Source: an uncultured Spirochaetota bacterium
Lineage (GTDB): Bacteria > Spirochaetota > UBA4802 > UBA5550
DNA length: 64,000 nucleotides
Direction of reading: 5' to 3'
NCBI GenBank assembly: GCA_963827275.1
Contig: CAWHAA010000009.1
Coordinates: forward strand, 1 to 64,000
Shown here: one piece after another, positions 53,192-63,964 of the stretch
Position numbering within the stretch: the stretch's first letter is position 1
Layout: each line of letters begins with the position of its first letter
Translations under genes and position numbers: made by a program
Notes under the pieces: generated by a model
Seen by the model: only the letters and a program-made list of their open reading frames with translations
Databases searched by the model: none
Told to the model about the DNA's origin: nothing

Positions 53192-53374
53192 ATGGCATCG
53201 AAAAGACTTGGCGAGATCCTCATGGAAAACGGCATTATCACCCAGAAACAGCTCGATGAAGCGCTTACGATGCAGACGTCCAAAGGCGGCCTTCTCGGGA
53301 TCATCCTGGTTGAGATGGGCCACCTGAAGCCGAAGGCGCTTTCAGAGTTCCTGGAGGCCCAGCGGGGGCTGTAG
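53192..53374 (+). CDS. Stand-alone MshEN-type c-di-GMP-binding protein
   Basis: RLGEILMENGIITQKQLDEALTMQ, 5-aa linker, LLGIILVEMGHLKPKALSEFLEAQ. Confidence 0.8.
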   Translation: MASKRLGEILMENGIITQKQLDEALTMQTSKGGLLGIILVEMGHLKPKALSEFLEAQRGL

Positions 53375-53428
53375 CCCCGCGGCCCCGCCCGACGCACCCT
53401 TCCTCCGCGCGCGGGCACGACCGGAGAC

Positions 53429-54184
53429 TCACACCGCGCGGCGCGCCTGTTTCTCCACCAGAACCCAGCCGATGATCCCGGTCAGGATAAAGCATACGCC
53501 CAGGACCTGCGAATGCGTGAGGCCGAGCGCGACCTTCGGGTTCAGCCTGATGAATTCGACCATGAACCGCGCCGATCCGTTCAGTATCATGTAGATGAAG
53601 AACAGCTTGCCCGCCGGCATCTCCCGCTTGCGCAGTTTCATCAGCAGCACGAAAAACATGAAGGACACGAACGACTCGAACAGGGGCGTCGGGAAGACCG
53701 CCGCGGTCGACGGCACGATCCCGTTCGGGTACGGCGTGCCGAGGAAGGACGAGGTCGCGATGCCGTAGCAGCCGTCGCCCGAGACGTGGCACCCGAGCCG
53801 CCCCACGCCGTAGGCCAGCGCGACCGAGGGCGCGGTGATGTCGAATATCTCGAGGATGCTCTCCTTGCTTTTTCGAATCAGTATCATGCTCAGCAAAAAC
53901 GCCAGGATGAAGCCGCCGTACACGGAGAGCCCCGCACCGGAGAAAATCATCCCCTTCGGGTCGCGGAGGAATTCGTCAAGGTTTTCGAAGATATGGAATA
54001 TCTTGGCGCCGATGATGGCGCTGGGGATGATGATGAGGAGCAGCTTGTACGCGAGCTCCGGGTCCTTTTCACGGATAAGGAGCTCGCGCTCGGTAAGCAG
54101 GAAGGCAAGGTAGAACGCCAGGCCCAGCATGAGGCCGTAACTGCCTATATTGATGAACTTGTAGCTGAATAATATCGGATACAT
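53429..54184 (-). CDS. lgt: Prolipoprotein diacylglyceryl transferase
   Basis: SYG, GLSVYGG, GRLGC, PTPLFE, RFMVEFIR. Confidence 0.9.
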   Translation of the reverse strand: MYPILFSYKFINIGSYGLMLGLAFYLAFLLTERELLIREKDPELAYKLLLIIIPSAIIGAKIFHIFENLDEFLRDPKGMIFSGAGLSVYGGFILAFLLSMILIRKSKESILEIFDITAPSVALAYGVGRLGCHVSGDGCYGIATSSFLGTPYPNGIVPSTAAVFPTPLFESFVSFMFFVLLMKLRKREMPAGKLFFIYMILNGSARFMVEFIRLNPKVALGLTHSQVLGVCFILTGIIGWVLVEKQARRAV

Positions 54185-54533
54185 CGGATTTTCCCCTGGG
54201 TTGAGTTGCTTTTTTATATTGCATTATGTAACAGGATGGAGAAGATATTTGTCAACATATTTTGATGAGGCTAGTTATCCCCTCGTCCGCCTCTATGCCT
54301 TGACAGGCTCAACCTTGAGCTTCCTGCGAACGTATCTTTACGGTAGGAGAGCCTGTCGGACTATGAGAAATCAGCCTTCATGGCACCTTCCCCCACTCCA
54401 GCCTGAGAAAAATGATTTATCTAATAGTATGAGCGGTTATCTGATGACGAAATTAGTGCACATATGCCATAGTGGTTTTAATCGATATCTATTGAACAGT
54501 ATACTGTAGTCATGAGATAGAAGCGAGGGAGCA

Positions 54534-54896
54534 ATGGACGATAAGGAACGCGTTGAGCTCATCCGCAAGGGCAACGAATATTTCAACAACGGCGACATGA
54601 CAAAGGCCGAGGCCCTGTTCGTGAAAACCGGCTACCGTGACGGCCTCACCCGGCTCGCGGATTACCTGTTCTATGAGAAGAAACAACCCCTGTTCGCGCT
54701 GAAGTACTACCGCATGGTGAACCGCCAGGACAGGGTGAACGAAATTTTCGAGCGCATGGTGTTCGCGTTCGGCAAGCTCCTGGGCAAGGAACCGCCGAAG
54801 CAAAAGGTGGAGCTGCCCCCCCTCAAGGTGTCCCCCAAGCTCAAGATCCTGGCGGAGGAGATACTGCGCAATAATCAGGCCGCGGGGGAGAAGTAA
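54534..54896 (+). CDS. Hypothetical helical protein
   Basis: RBS GGGAG; codon pattern like neighbouring genes. Confidence 0.7.
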   Translation: MDDKERVELIRKGNEYFNNGDMTKAEALFVKTGYRDGLTRLADYLFYEKKQPLFALKYYRMVNRQDRVNEIFERMVFAFGKLLGKEPPKQKVELPPLKVSPKLKILAEEILRNNQAAGEK

Positions 54897-54979
54897 TACA
54901 TACAAGGGGGAGGGCGGCACCGCGGCCGGCCCTCCCCCTTAAACCCCCTCCCCGCGCCGCCTCGCCCACGCGCGGAACT

Positions 54980-55282
54980 TTCAATTATAACGCAGAGTCC
55001 ATCCCCTCAGGTTTATTGCGCGGCGGAAAAAAGCTTCGCGGCCTGCGGAACTCGGACAAAGACGCTGAAGACTCAGACAGTCCTCGGCCGCTCAGCTCTT
55101 TTTTCCGCCGCTTCACTGGCATCCGTGCCGGCACGCTTAATGTTCAATTGTAACGCAGAGTCTTTCTCCTCGGGTTTATTGCGCGGCGTAAAAAAGCTTC
55201 GCGGCCTGCGGAACTCGGACAAAGACACTGAAGACTCAGACAGTCCTCGGCCGCTCAGCTCTTTTTTCCGACGCTTTATTGG
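54980..55282. repeat. Two direct copies (period 163) of a roughly 140-bp palindromic element
   Basis: Copies at 54980-55119 and 55143-55282; arms GCGGCGGAAAAAAG...CTTTTTTCCGCCGC. Confidence 0.9.
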
Positions 55283-55481
55283 TTTGTCGGATAAAATTAT
55301 TACTATACATGTGTCGATGTCGCTATTTGTCATATCCGGTTTGTTAAACGTTTTTTGCGTCCGCGCCCCGCGTGGGCGCCTGGATCAAAGCATTTTCTGA
55401 ATTTTATTTACACAAAATGCTTGTTAGATTGCACAATCTCGTATACAATGGTATGATACACATGCGGTTTGTGCGAAAAAC

Positions 55482-57525
55482 ATGGAAAATATATCGATTC
55501 TTCATTACAGCCTGAAGCTGTTTTTTTGCGGATTTATTGTTTTTGCGACAATTCAGTCCGCGGTCATGTATATAAAATTACCGGCAAAAGAGACCCGCGC
55601 GTTATTCGTTATCAGCGTTGCCTCTTTTCTCTTTATATTATGCGATGTCCTTAATTCGATCTTTACGTATCTGGTGGTGCGGCATGACGCCGCCTACTTC
55701 TTCCTGGTGGCCAGGGAATTGATGCCCGTGTTTTTCTACTTTCTTGCCCCGTATTACCTTGACCGTGTATTAGACATTAAAACCCATGTAAAAAAAATAA
55801 ACCGGATTGTTGTCCTGGCGGGAATTGCAATCGCGGTGGCGATAATTGCCGGCGCTCTTATGGTTCCTGACTTATTATTACAGCATGGCTGGTCCCGGCC
55901 CCGTCAGCGGCGGCATGCATATGGAGACCAAGGGGCCCTTGACCATTATACGGGACATTTTTATCTTTGTTTTTCTCATATATTCAATAATTTTTGTTCT
56001 GATGGCTTTCTTACAGAAAGAAAGCAGGTTTTCCGGGAAATACATACTGGCGGGCCTTGTCGTCCTCGGTTATTTCGCGTTCAGCAGCTTTTATGCGCTC
56101 CTGTTTGTCGGTGATGAGATAAGGATTTTTAATAATCACTTTCCCTACCTGGGGCTCGGCATTGCCATACTGATATTGTTCACCAGCCTGGGGGTGCTTG
56201 AGCTCTATATCGACACCTTCGACCAGGTTGAAAACATGACGAAAAATTTAAGAAGCGAGCTCTATTATGATGCCGAGCTGGAGATATTAAATAAAATCAG
56301 CTTCAGACATGACCTGGAGACCGGGCTGGATGCGTCCGCGAAAAACGGCGATGTCTTTTCCCTGATCTATCTTGATATCGATGATTTCAAGAGCGTCAAC
56401 GAGTCATACGGCGAAGGCTTCGGCGATGATATCCTGAGGCTGCTCGCGCAAAGGCTGAAGGATGATTTTTCCGATGCCGGGAGATTGTACCGGGTGGGTG
56501 CGGATGAATTTTCATTTGTATCGAGGGAGATTCGCACCGAGGATGAAGCGGCGCGCTTTGCCTCAAGAATCATAACAAGCCTGAAAAACCCCTTTGTGGT
56601 CTCCGGTATTCCGTACACGGTCACGGTAAGCATCGCCGTCCTGTTCCTGCCGCGCGACGGGAACGACATGACCACCATCATGGGCAATGTGTACACCACA
56701 ATCCACAATGTAAAAAGGGCGAAAAACTCCTATGGCTTTTTCAGCAGGGACCTGCTGGAACGGGCCTCGAAAAAAATTTATACGGTCGATCTTCTCAGGA
56801 ACTGCCTTTCCCGGGATGAATTTATCCTGCATTACCAGCCGGTCATGGATGCGGGCGGAAGGCTGGTGTACGTGGAGGCCCTGTTGCGGTGCACCAACAA
56901 CGATCCGGCGATCGGCGGCCCGGGACATTTTATCCCTATTATTGAAAGCATGGGCATGATGAAAGACCTGGATAATCTCGTTGTCAGGAAGTCTTTCTAT
57001 GACATCGAGATGAAAATGAAACGGAGGTCCAGGGTCAGCATCAACATGTCCGCCAGCCAGTTAGTGGACCCCTCGTACGGCGATTTCCTTTTTTCATTCG
57101 CGAAACAGCACGGGATTGAACCCGGGGACCTTATCCTGGAGATCACTGAAAATATCCTCGTGGAAAACATGCTCCTCGGGCGCCAGAGCCTTGCGGAGCT
57201 CAAGAAAAACGGTTTCATGCTCGCCATCGATGACTTCGGGAAGGGGTTTTCCTCGCTGTCATACCTGACCGAGCTCCCCGTGGATATCATCAAAATCGAC
57301 AAGGCCTTTGTCGATGCCGTCCCCGGAGACGCGAAGAAGGAGACCATGGCCAGGTATATTATCGACCTGGGGCATTCTCTTGACCTCAAGGTCGTGGCGG
57401 AAGGCTTTGAGTTCTCCGGGCAGGTTGATTTTTTCAAGGGACTCGGGTGCGATTTTTTCCAGGGCTATTATTTCCAGCCCCCGGTGCCGCTTAAGGAGCT
57501 GCTGGAAAAATATTTTCCCGGTTGA
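55482..57525 (+). CDS. Membrane-bound GGDEF-EAL protein (frameshift near 55880)
   Basis: Multi-TM N-terminus; DIDDFK.VN and GADEF; EALLR, EITE, DDFGKGFSS, KIDK, AEG, QGYY. Confidence 0.88.
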
Positions 57526-57598
57526 TTGCGGCGCGGCGCAGCGAAACAGCCGGTACCTGCCGGCCATGATAATCCGGCGAATTGAATTTTTAAATATA

Positions 57599-58651
57599 TT
57601 AATGCGATACGGCGATCCCGGTTGGCCTTCCGGACAACGACCGGAACATCTCGATGCCTGTTTCGGGCTGTTCTATGTCCGCGCGGTAAATGCCGTTGGG
57701 TGAATACGATGTCCAGTATATTTTTCTTTCGGTCAGGTCCAGGGCGAGCTTCTGGATGTCGAACCCGCCGGCGGTGATCCACACGGCCGGGTCCTCGAAT
57801 AGCAGGCCCGCCCTGATAATAAAAAGCCCCGCGGCGGTATTGCTTGCATAATACAGGCGCCCTCCCGCGCCGTCAACCGCGATGTCCCTGATGGGAACGC
57901 TGGGGGCGGCGGGTCCTGACGCGGTAACCTGGTACGGCAGGTACGTGTTCATGGTATCCAGCTCGGCGATGTACAGGCCGCCGGCCTGCCCGCTCCCGTA
58001 TGCTGTTGTCATGTCCCAGTAGGTATTGGCGCTGACGTATATTTTCCTGTTAACGGTATCAAGGGCCATGGAATAGGTGTATGGATAGGATAACTCGTTA
58101 ATCCATTTTTCCTGAGAAAATCCGGAAAGAGGCGACCGCCAGATATCATTGTGCCCTGTAATGCTTTGATATCTGCTATAGTAAATTATTGCGGCCGCCG
58201 GATCAATTGCGATCTCATAAAAACCATGATCACCCGCTGCCGGCACGTCAAAGGCGAATACGGCCGGTTCCGTTCCATCAAGCCTGGAATTGTTAATCGT
58301 AGCAAAACCATCATCCGCCTCCGCCCAATAGATCCTCTGCCCGGGCAGGTCCAGGGCGATGTCCACGGGCGTTCCGGTCGTAGAGAGCAGGGTGATGTCC
58401 CCGGCCCCCCGCGAGGGTGCTTTCCTGATGCTGCCGGTCTGTTCCGACCAGTACACCGTGCTGGGAGCCGGGCCGTATACGGCGCTGATAATAACCGCGG
58501 GAAGGGATTGGTCCTTATCGAGCAGCACTTCGAATTCCGAACCGCAGCCGGAGAAGAAAAAAACAGCAAGGCACGCGGGCAGGGCCGGGAATATCCTCCG
58601 CAGCAGGCGGGCCAATCCGGAAGGAACGATGTCGGGTGATATGTTCGTCAT
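57599..58651 (-). CDS. Lipoprotein with YWTD-type beta-propeller
   Basis: FSGC lipobox-like; repeated IALD...IYW motifs. Confidence 0.75.
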   Translation of the reverse strand: MTNISPDIVPSGLARLLRRIFPALPACLAVFFFSGCGSEFEVLLDKDQSLPAVIISAVYGPAPSTVYWSEQTGSIRKAPSRGAGDITLLSTTGTPVDIALDLPGQRIYWAEADDGFATINNSRLDGTEPAVFAFDVPAAGDHGFYEIAIDPAAAIIYYSRYQSITGHNDIWRSPLSGFSQEKWINELSYPYTYSMALDTVNRKIYVSANTYWDMTTAYGSGQAGGLYIAELDTMNTYLPYQVTASGPAAPSVPIRDIAVDGAGGRLYYASNTAAGLFIIRAGLLFEDPAVWITAGGFDIQKLALDLTERKIYWTSYSPNGIYRADIEQPETGIEMFRSLSGRPTGIAVSH

Positions 58652-58663
58652 GTCACTGCGCGC

Positions 58664-59491
58664 TCATATTTTAAAAAGATACCCCGCTCCGATTGAAAAC
58701 CCGAGGCCGAATAACGGCATGGCCCCGTCGTAGATATAATCAAACTTCACCTGGGGGGAAATCACCCATGAAGAGATGGGGAACTCCAGACCGGCCGCCA
58801 TTGAAACGTGCCATTTAAAATTCGCGGCCTTCTCGCATCTCCCCGTCACCGCGTAATAGCCGCCGCCGAACCCCGGGGAGAGCGCCAGGTTGAATGAAAC
58901 GCCGCGGACCTCGAAAGGGATGATCCATGCAGTGCCAATCCCGAACCGGAACGCGGATATTTTTTTCATTCCTTTTTCGGAATGGAAATAGTGCAGGTCC
59001 AGCCTGATTGTTCCGGGTAGATAGTTATACCTGCTCCTGAACCGGACATCGCCGAGGAGGGACGCGCCGCAGCTGTACGGGAGAAGGGGGCGCATTTTCC
59101 CCAGGTTGAACAGGAAAAACGGCGAAGCGGACAACAGGAATTCCGCCGGCGCCGCATCGGTCCCGCTGTCGCCGCTGATTCTCCTCTCCTCGAGTTTTTT
59201 TACGCCGGCCTGGAAATTGTTTCTTATATCGGATTCGCTGACTGCCTTGCCCATCTGCCTGAAAATCTTTATATCTTCCTGGTAATTTTCGGTTTTATGT
59301 ATCTCTTTCACGAGCGAGTTTTGTATTGTGAAGGTGCCGTGGTAGTTGCCGAACTTGACATGTTCATCCTTCATCTCGATTATTTTCCCGTTGAGGGTCA
59401 TGCCGTCTTTCGTAACAATGATGTCGCTGAAACAGATATGAGGCAGGAGAAGAATATATGCGGTAATAAATAATAACCTGAGTTTGCCCAT
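58664..59491 (-). CDS. Secreted protein: small N-terminal beta domain plus probable OM beta-barrel
   Basis: Signal peptide; alternating strands ending in GAGYLF. Confidence 0.65.
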   Translation of the reverse strand: MGKLRLLFITAYILLLPHICFSDIIVTKDGMTLNGKIIEMKDEHVKFGNYHGTFTIQNSLVKEIHKTENYQEDIKIFRQMGKAVSESDIRNNFQAGVKKLEERRISGDSGTDAAPAEFLLSASPFFLFNLGKMRPLLPYSCGASLLGDVRFRSRYNYLPGTIRLDLHYFHSEKGMKKISAFRFGIGTAWIIPFEVRGVSFNLALSPGFGGGYYAVTGRCEKAANFKWHVSMAAGLEFPISSWVISPQVKFDYIYDGAMPLFGLGFSIGAGYLFKI

Positions 59492-59492
59492 G

Positions 59493-60791
59493 TTATTTTT
59501 CGGTGACCCTGATGATCCTGTCCTTTTTCACGTCAATCCTGCCGATTAATGTCTCGATGGCTATATGGTCCGCCGTCTTTTCAATCAAGGTGCCTTTGAA
59601 AATGTTCCCGTCACTTGTAAATATAACAAGGTATCTGCCTTTTTTCAACCCGGAAGCTTTTTCCTTTGCAACCATAGTATCGACGCTGGCTTTTAAATCT
59701 GGAGAAATGCGTATTTTAATCGGCATTTCATCCTTTTTTATGTCAGCGCGCATCCCTTCCCCGTCCTCAATCATCCGGTCCATCAGCGGGTCGTTATATA
59801 TCCTGTTCAGGCCGATTGACAGGTTTTTAAGCGCGGCGTCTCCCGCGGACGAACCTGTCATAAAAAGCCTGCGGTTGGAAAATATGGCATATTTCGATGA
59901 CGGGGACGAGGTTATCACATTCAGATAGCTCTCGACCGCCTTGTCGGTATCGCCCATGCCGGCAAAGCATCTCCCCATATAATATTGTATGCCGGGAAGG
60001 TCCCGGGGCCCTGCGGTGCGCTCCGCTTTTTCAAGGATCAAAAGGGCCTGCTGGTAGGCAAGAAGGGTAACAAGCTTCTGGCCTTTCAGCAGGGGGTTGG
60101 CCTCTTGCTCCATCACCCGTTCCCGGGCGAGCCCGTATCCTTCGAGATATTTGAGCAGGATCGTCGCGGTTATCGCGCTGCTCTCCTGGCTGTATTTTTC
60201 AATGACCGTTAGATAGTCCCTGCGGGCCAGGTCGTTATGGCCCAGTAATGCGTGACAGTACCCTTTGTGAAGAAAAATGCCGGCCATGAGGCCGCTGGTC
60301 ACATCCATGGTCGCGAGGATGTCATCGTAGATCTCTATGGCCCGCTTGAAGTGGAAGTTCCTTTCATAATAATATGCCAGGTCTATTTTTACATGCCACG
60401 GGTCCTTTCCGGGCCTGTAGGCGAGGGGCGCTTTCCCGAGGACCATGCGGTTGAAGTTGATCACGGTAAGAGCGGGGTAGGCGAGAATGGCATACACCGC
60501 TTCGGTCCGCGGCGTGACGCCCGCTCCCGGGGCCGCCAGGGAAATTATTCTGTGCTCAATGGCGTCCGCGTCATCCTGCGTAATCCGGTTCTCGAACAAT
60601 TTCTTGTGGAGCTCGTAGGTGGCCACCAGGCCGATATTGTCAATGCTCCCCTCGCTGCTGTCCATGTTCTGCAGGCTTGATTTCAGCTCGTTGAGCCGTA
60701 TCGAAATCATGATGTCGTTCATCAGGAGCAGGAACAGGGTGATTGTCAGGGATGCGAGCACGGTTATGGCGGTGAGGTTGATTTTTTTCAC
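59493..60791 (-). CDS. Membrane-anchored TPR protein
   Basis: GTG start, N-terminal TM, TPR-like helices, C-terminal small beta domain. Confidence 0.7.
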   Translation of the reverse strand: MKKINLTAITVLASLTITLFLLLMNDIMISIRLNELKSSLQNMDSSEGSIDNIGLVATYELHKKLFENRITQDDADAIEHRIISLAAPGAGVTPRTEAVYAILAYPALTVINFNRMVLGKAPLAYRPGKDPWHVKIDLAYYYERNFHFKRAIEIYDDILATMDVTSGLMAGIFLHKGYCHALLGHNDLARRDYLTVIEKYSQESSAITATILLKYLEGYGLARERVMEQEANPLLKGQKLVTLLAYQQALLILEKAERTAGPRDLPGIQYYMGRCFAGMGDTDKAVESYLNVITSSPSSKYAIFSNRRLFMTGSSAGDAALKNLSIGLNRIYNDPLMDRMIEDGEGMRADIKKDEMPIKIRISPDLKASVDTMVAKEKASGLKKGRYLVIFTSDGNIFKGTLIEKTADHIAIETLIGRIDVKKDRIIRVTEK

Positions 60792-60804
60792 ACGGCGGGT
60801 CCCC

Positions 60805-62133
60805 TTACGGTATAATCTCCACCCTGTTTTTGCCCTTGTACCTCGCCTGGGCCAGCGCCGTCCCGGCGGAGAAAATAAGGTCATTGCCGTCTTCGTGGCC
60901 TTCCCCGGACCCGGAGCTTCTGAATGAAACGCCGATGCTCGCCGTGACGGAGAATGTCCCGTCAGGGGTAATGATCGTGCCGTGCTCAATTTCATGCCTG
61001 ATCTTTTCGGCAAGGTCGTTTATCTGTTCAACCGGCCGGCCGATCGTTAAAACGGCGATGCTTTCGCCGCTGAACCGGGAGACAACATCGGTGTCGGAGA
61101 AGTTCCGCATGATAATTTTCGAAACTTCCAGTACTAGTATATCCCCTGAATTATTGCCGTATATCTTGATGATATCAGTAAATGTATCGATTTCAATGAG
61201 GATAAGGGCCATGGAGCTTTTATTATCGAGCGTTTTTTTTATTTCTTCATTGATGCGCTCGATCATGTATATGCGGCTGAACAGGCCGGTAAGTTCGTCT
61301 TTCACCGTCAGGATGTCAGTCCTGTTTTTTGTTTCAATCGCCCATTTTACCTTGCCTGTCAGGGCGCCCATGTTTGCAGCTATCGAGTCGGCCATTTTGT
61401 TGAACGATGCCGCGAGGGACCCGAATTCATCATCCTGATCGGTCAAAGATATCCGCGCGCCCAGGTCGCCTTCCGCTAATTTATGCGCCCCCTGCCTGAG
61501 GAGTTTTATGGGGGTGATGAGGTATCTGAACAGGATCAGGGCGAAGACCGCATGGAAAAAGAGGACCACGAAAATGACATAGAGGGCCTGGTAATACAGA
61601 GTTCTCAGTGACGCGTCAACGCCGCTTATGTCTTTCTGCACAAGGAGGACTGATTTCCCCAGTCGGAACTCGTGGAGGGGGATATAGCAGTACATGATCC
61701 GCTTCCTGTCGTCTATCCTCAGGTAATAGTCTTTTCCGGAAAAATTTTCCGTGGTAATGGATCGCAGGATGTCTTCGGCGATGGTCGGCGGCGGTTCCAG
61801 CGAGCTGTCCGATTTATAGCGCGTCCTGTTGTCTTCGGTTACAATATAAAACGACGACGCGTGGGGCCTGATCAGATTCACAAATTGGTCCAGGGAGCCC
61901 GGGTCTGTGTCGTACGCGAAGAGCGTCCCTTTTTTTATTTCGGATGAGAATTTTTTTAACGAGCCGATAAGGTTCGATATCTGCTGTTCGGACTCAAGCT
62001 TTGAATTTTTTGTGATCAGATCGACCTGGTTTTCGAAGATGATGGAAATAACAAACGACACGTTTATCATCGTGAGCAGTATGTAAAAAAATATTATCTT
62101 AAAACCTATTGATTGAAAAATACTGTTTTTCAT
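60805..62133 (-). CDS. Sensor-HAMP-GGDEF protein with degenerate active site
   Basis: Two TMs, HAMP (DEFGSLAASFNKM), DELTGL, RFSGES, VTASIG, KGKNR. Confidence 0.85.
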   Translation of the reverse strand: MKNSIFQSIGFKIIFFYILLTMINVSFVISIIFENQVDLITKNSKLESEQQISNLIGSLKKFSSEIKKGTLFAYDTDPGSLDQFVNLIRPHASSFYIVTEDNRTRYKSDSSLEPPPTIAEDILRSITTENFSGKDYYLRIDDRKRIMYCYIPLHEFRLGKSVLLVQKDISGVDASLRTLYYQALYVIFVVLFFHAVFALILFRYLITPIKLLRQGAHKLAEGDLGARISLTDQDDEFGSLAASFNKMADSIAANMGALTGKVKWAIETKNRTDILTVKDELTGLFSRIYMIERINEEIKKTLDNKSSMALILIEIDTFTDIIKIYGNNSGDILVLEVSKIIMRNFSDTDVVSRFSGESIAVLTIGRPVEQINDLAEKIRHEIEHGTIITPDGTFSVTASIGVSFRSSGSGEGHEDGNDLIFSAGTALAQARYKGKNRVEIIP

Positions 62134-62449
62134 CGCCTGTGCGCTGATTGTATCAGATTTTGCGGTAACATTAATTATAAATCCATCTCTATTGTGGATA
62201 AGCATCCACCCGGCCGGACCGCTCGGATATGATCGCACTGATTTGCTTAAATATCAAGAAAAAAAAGGTCCGCGCCGGGACGGCCGGCATCACGTGGTGC
62301 TGTTTCAGCGGATTACTCCCGGGCCGCATCTGGCCGGCACGATGAAGAGCGTGCCCCGGGCATGTCCGATCCGCAAATTATTCTTGATTTGCCTGCGGGT
62401 ATACCGTCATTATTGACCTCTTCCCATTACAACAGTCCAGGAGCCGTAC

Positions 62450-63964
62450 ATGAAAAAATACCTGCTCATGATCCCGCTTCTTTCGCTCATGGCGATGGCC
62501 GCGGCGCCTGACCGCGCCGCGATCCGCGATGCGGGGGAATATCTGAAGAAGAACGTTGTCACGAAGAAGCTGAAAAACGGCATCACCGTGATCATGCTGA
62601 ACCGGGGCTACGCGCCGGTGCTGGCCTTCGAGATATCCTTCAGGGTCGGCTCGGCGGACGAGGGCTACCGGACCGCCGGGGCCGCGCACCTGCTCGAGCA
62701 CATGCTCTTCAAGGGGACCGACACCATCGGCACCAGGGACTGGAAGAAGGAGCGCGTCATCCAGGCCCGGATCGAGGCGGTGGGCGAGGCCATCGACCGC
62801 ATGGCCATCGAGGACCCGGCGAACACCCGCCTGCCCGCGCTCCGCGGCGAGCTGAAGCGCCTCCAGGGCGAGCAGGCCGCGCTGGTCGAGAACTCGCCCT
62901 ATGACGCCATCTATACCGGGAACGGCGGCGTCGGGTTCAACGCGTCCACCTCGCGGGACAAGACGGGGTATTACATCGAGCTCCCCGCGTCGAAGCTCGA
63001 GATGTGGGCGAAGATGGAATCGGAGCGCCTGATGAACCTTGTCCTGCGCGAATACTACCTGGAGCGGAACAACGTGTTGCAGGAGCGGCTCATGAACTAC
63101 GACTCGATCGGGACCGGGCTCCTGTTCGAGACCTTCATGGCCACCGCCTTCATCGCGCACCCCTACCGGCACCCCATCATCGGGTGGCGCTCCGGCATCC
63201 CCTATCTTTCACTCGGGGACATCCGCAGGTTTTTCCGCGACCATTACATCCCCTCGCGCATGACCATCACCGTGGTGGGCATGCAGGACACGGACAGGAC
63301 GTTCGGGGTCATCGGGAAGTATTTCGGGCGGATCGAACCGCGCCCGTCGCCCCCGCCGGTGACCGTCGCCGAGCCGCCCCAGGGCGGGGAGCGGCGCTTC
63401 ACCCTGGATTTCGAGGCCAGCCCCTATCTCATCATCGGCTGGCACAAGCCGGCCTACCCGTCGCGCGATGATTACACCTGCGACGTCATTGCCGAGCTCC
63501 TCGCCGGCGGCAAGTCTTCGCGCCTCTACCGCGCGCTGGTGATCGAGAAGAAGGTGGCGACGTCGGTGAGCGCGTGGAGCAGCGCCCCCGGCTCGCGCTA
63601 CGACAACCTCTTCACGATATTCGCCGCTCCGCGGCCCCCGCACACGGCGGAAGCGCTTGAACGGGCCGTGTACGACGAGATGGAGACGTTTTTCCGTGAG
63701 GTCGTCGAGGGGGAGCTCGGCAAGGTCGTGAACGGCATCGAGTCGGGCATGGTCTTCGACCTGGAGACCAACAAGGGGATCGCCGGGATACTGAGCTATT
63801 ACCAGACGGTCTTCGGCAACTGGCGGTACGCGACGGAATACCTGCCCATGATAAAGCGGGTCACGGTGAAGGAGATACGTGAGATGAAAGACAGGTATTT
63901 CACCGCAAAGAACCGGACCGTCGGCATCCTGAGGGACAGCCGCCCCGCTGGAGGAAATAAATGA
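62450..63964 (+). CDS. M16 family zinc peptidase
   Basis: HLLEH (HxxEH), NASTS.D.T.Y, HPY..PIIG. Confidence 0.92.
   Translation: MKKYLLMIPLLSLMAMAAAPDRAAIRDAGEYLKKNVVTKKLKNGITVIMLNRGYAPVLAFEISFRVGSADEGYRTAGAAHLLEHMLFKGTDTIGTRDWKKERVIQARIEAVGEAIDRMAIEDPANTRLPALRGELKRLQGEQAALVENSPYDAIYTGNGGVGFNASTSRDKTGYYIELPASKLEMWAKMESERLMNLVLREYYLERNNVLQERLMNYDSIGTGLLFETFMATAFIAHPYRHPIIGWRSGIPYLSLGDIRRFFRDHYIPSRMTITVVGMQDTDRTFGVIGKYFGRIEPRPSPPPVTVAEPPQGGERRFTLDFEASPYLIIGWHKPAYPSRDDYTCDVIAELLAGGKSSRLYRALVIEKKVATSVSAWSSAPGSRYDNLFTIFAAPRPPHTAEALERAVYDEMETFFREVVEGELGKVVNGIESGMVFDLETNKGIAGILSYYQTVFGNWRYATEYLPMIKRVTVKEIREMKDRYFTAKNRTVGILRDSRPAGGNK

Noticed and set aside
54980..55282. CRISPR array or protein-coding ORFs
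   Set aside because: Only two long copies; the overlapping ORFs just translate the repeat
59018..59032. Further copy of the GATAACTATC motif (GATAGTTATA)
   Set aside because: Partial match within coding sequence, lacking the flanking CG arms; likely chance
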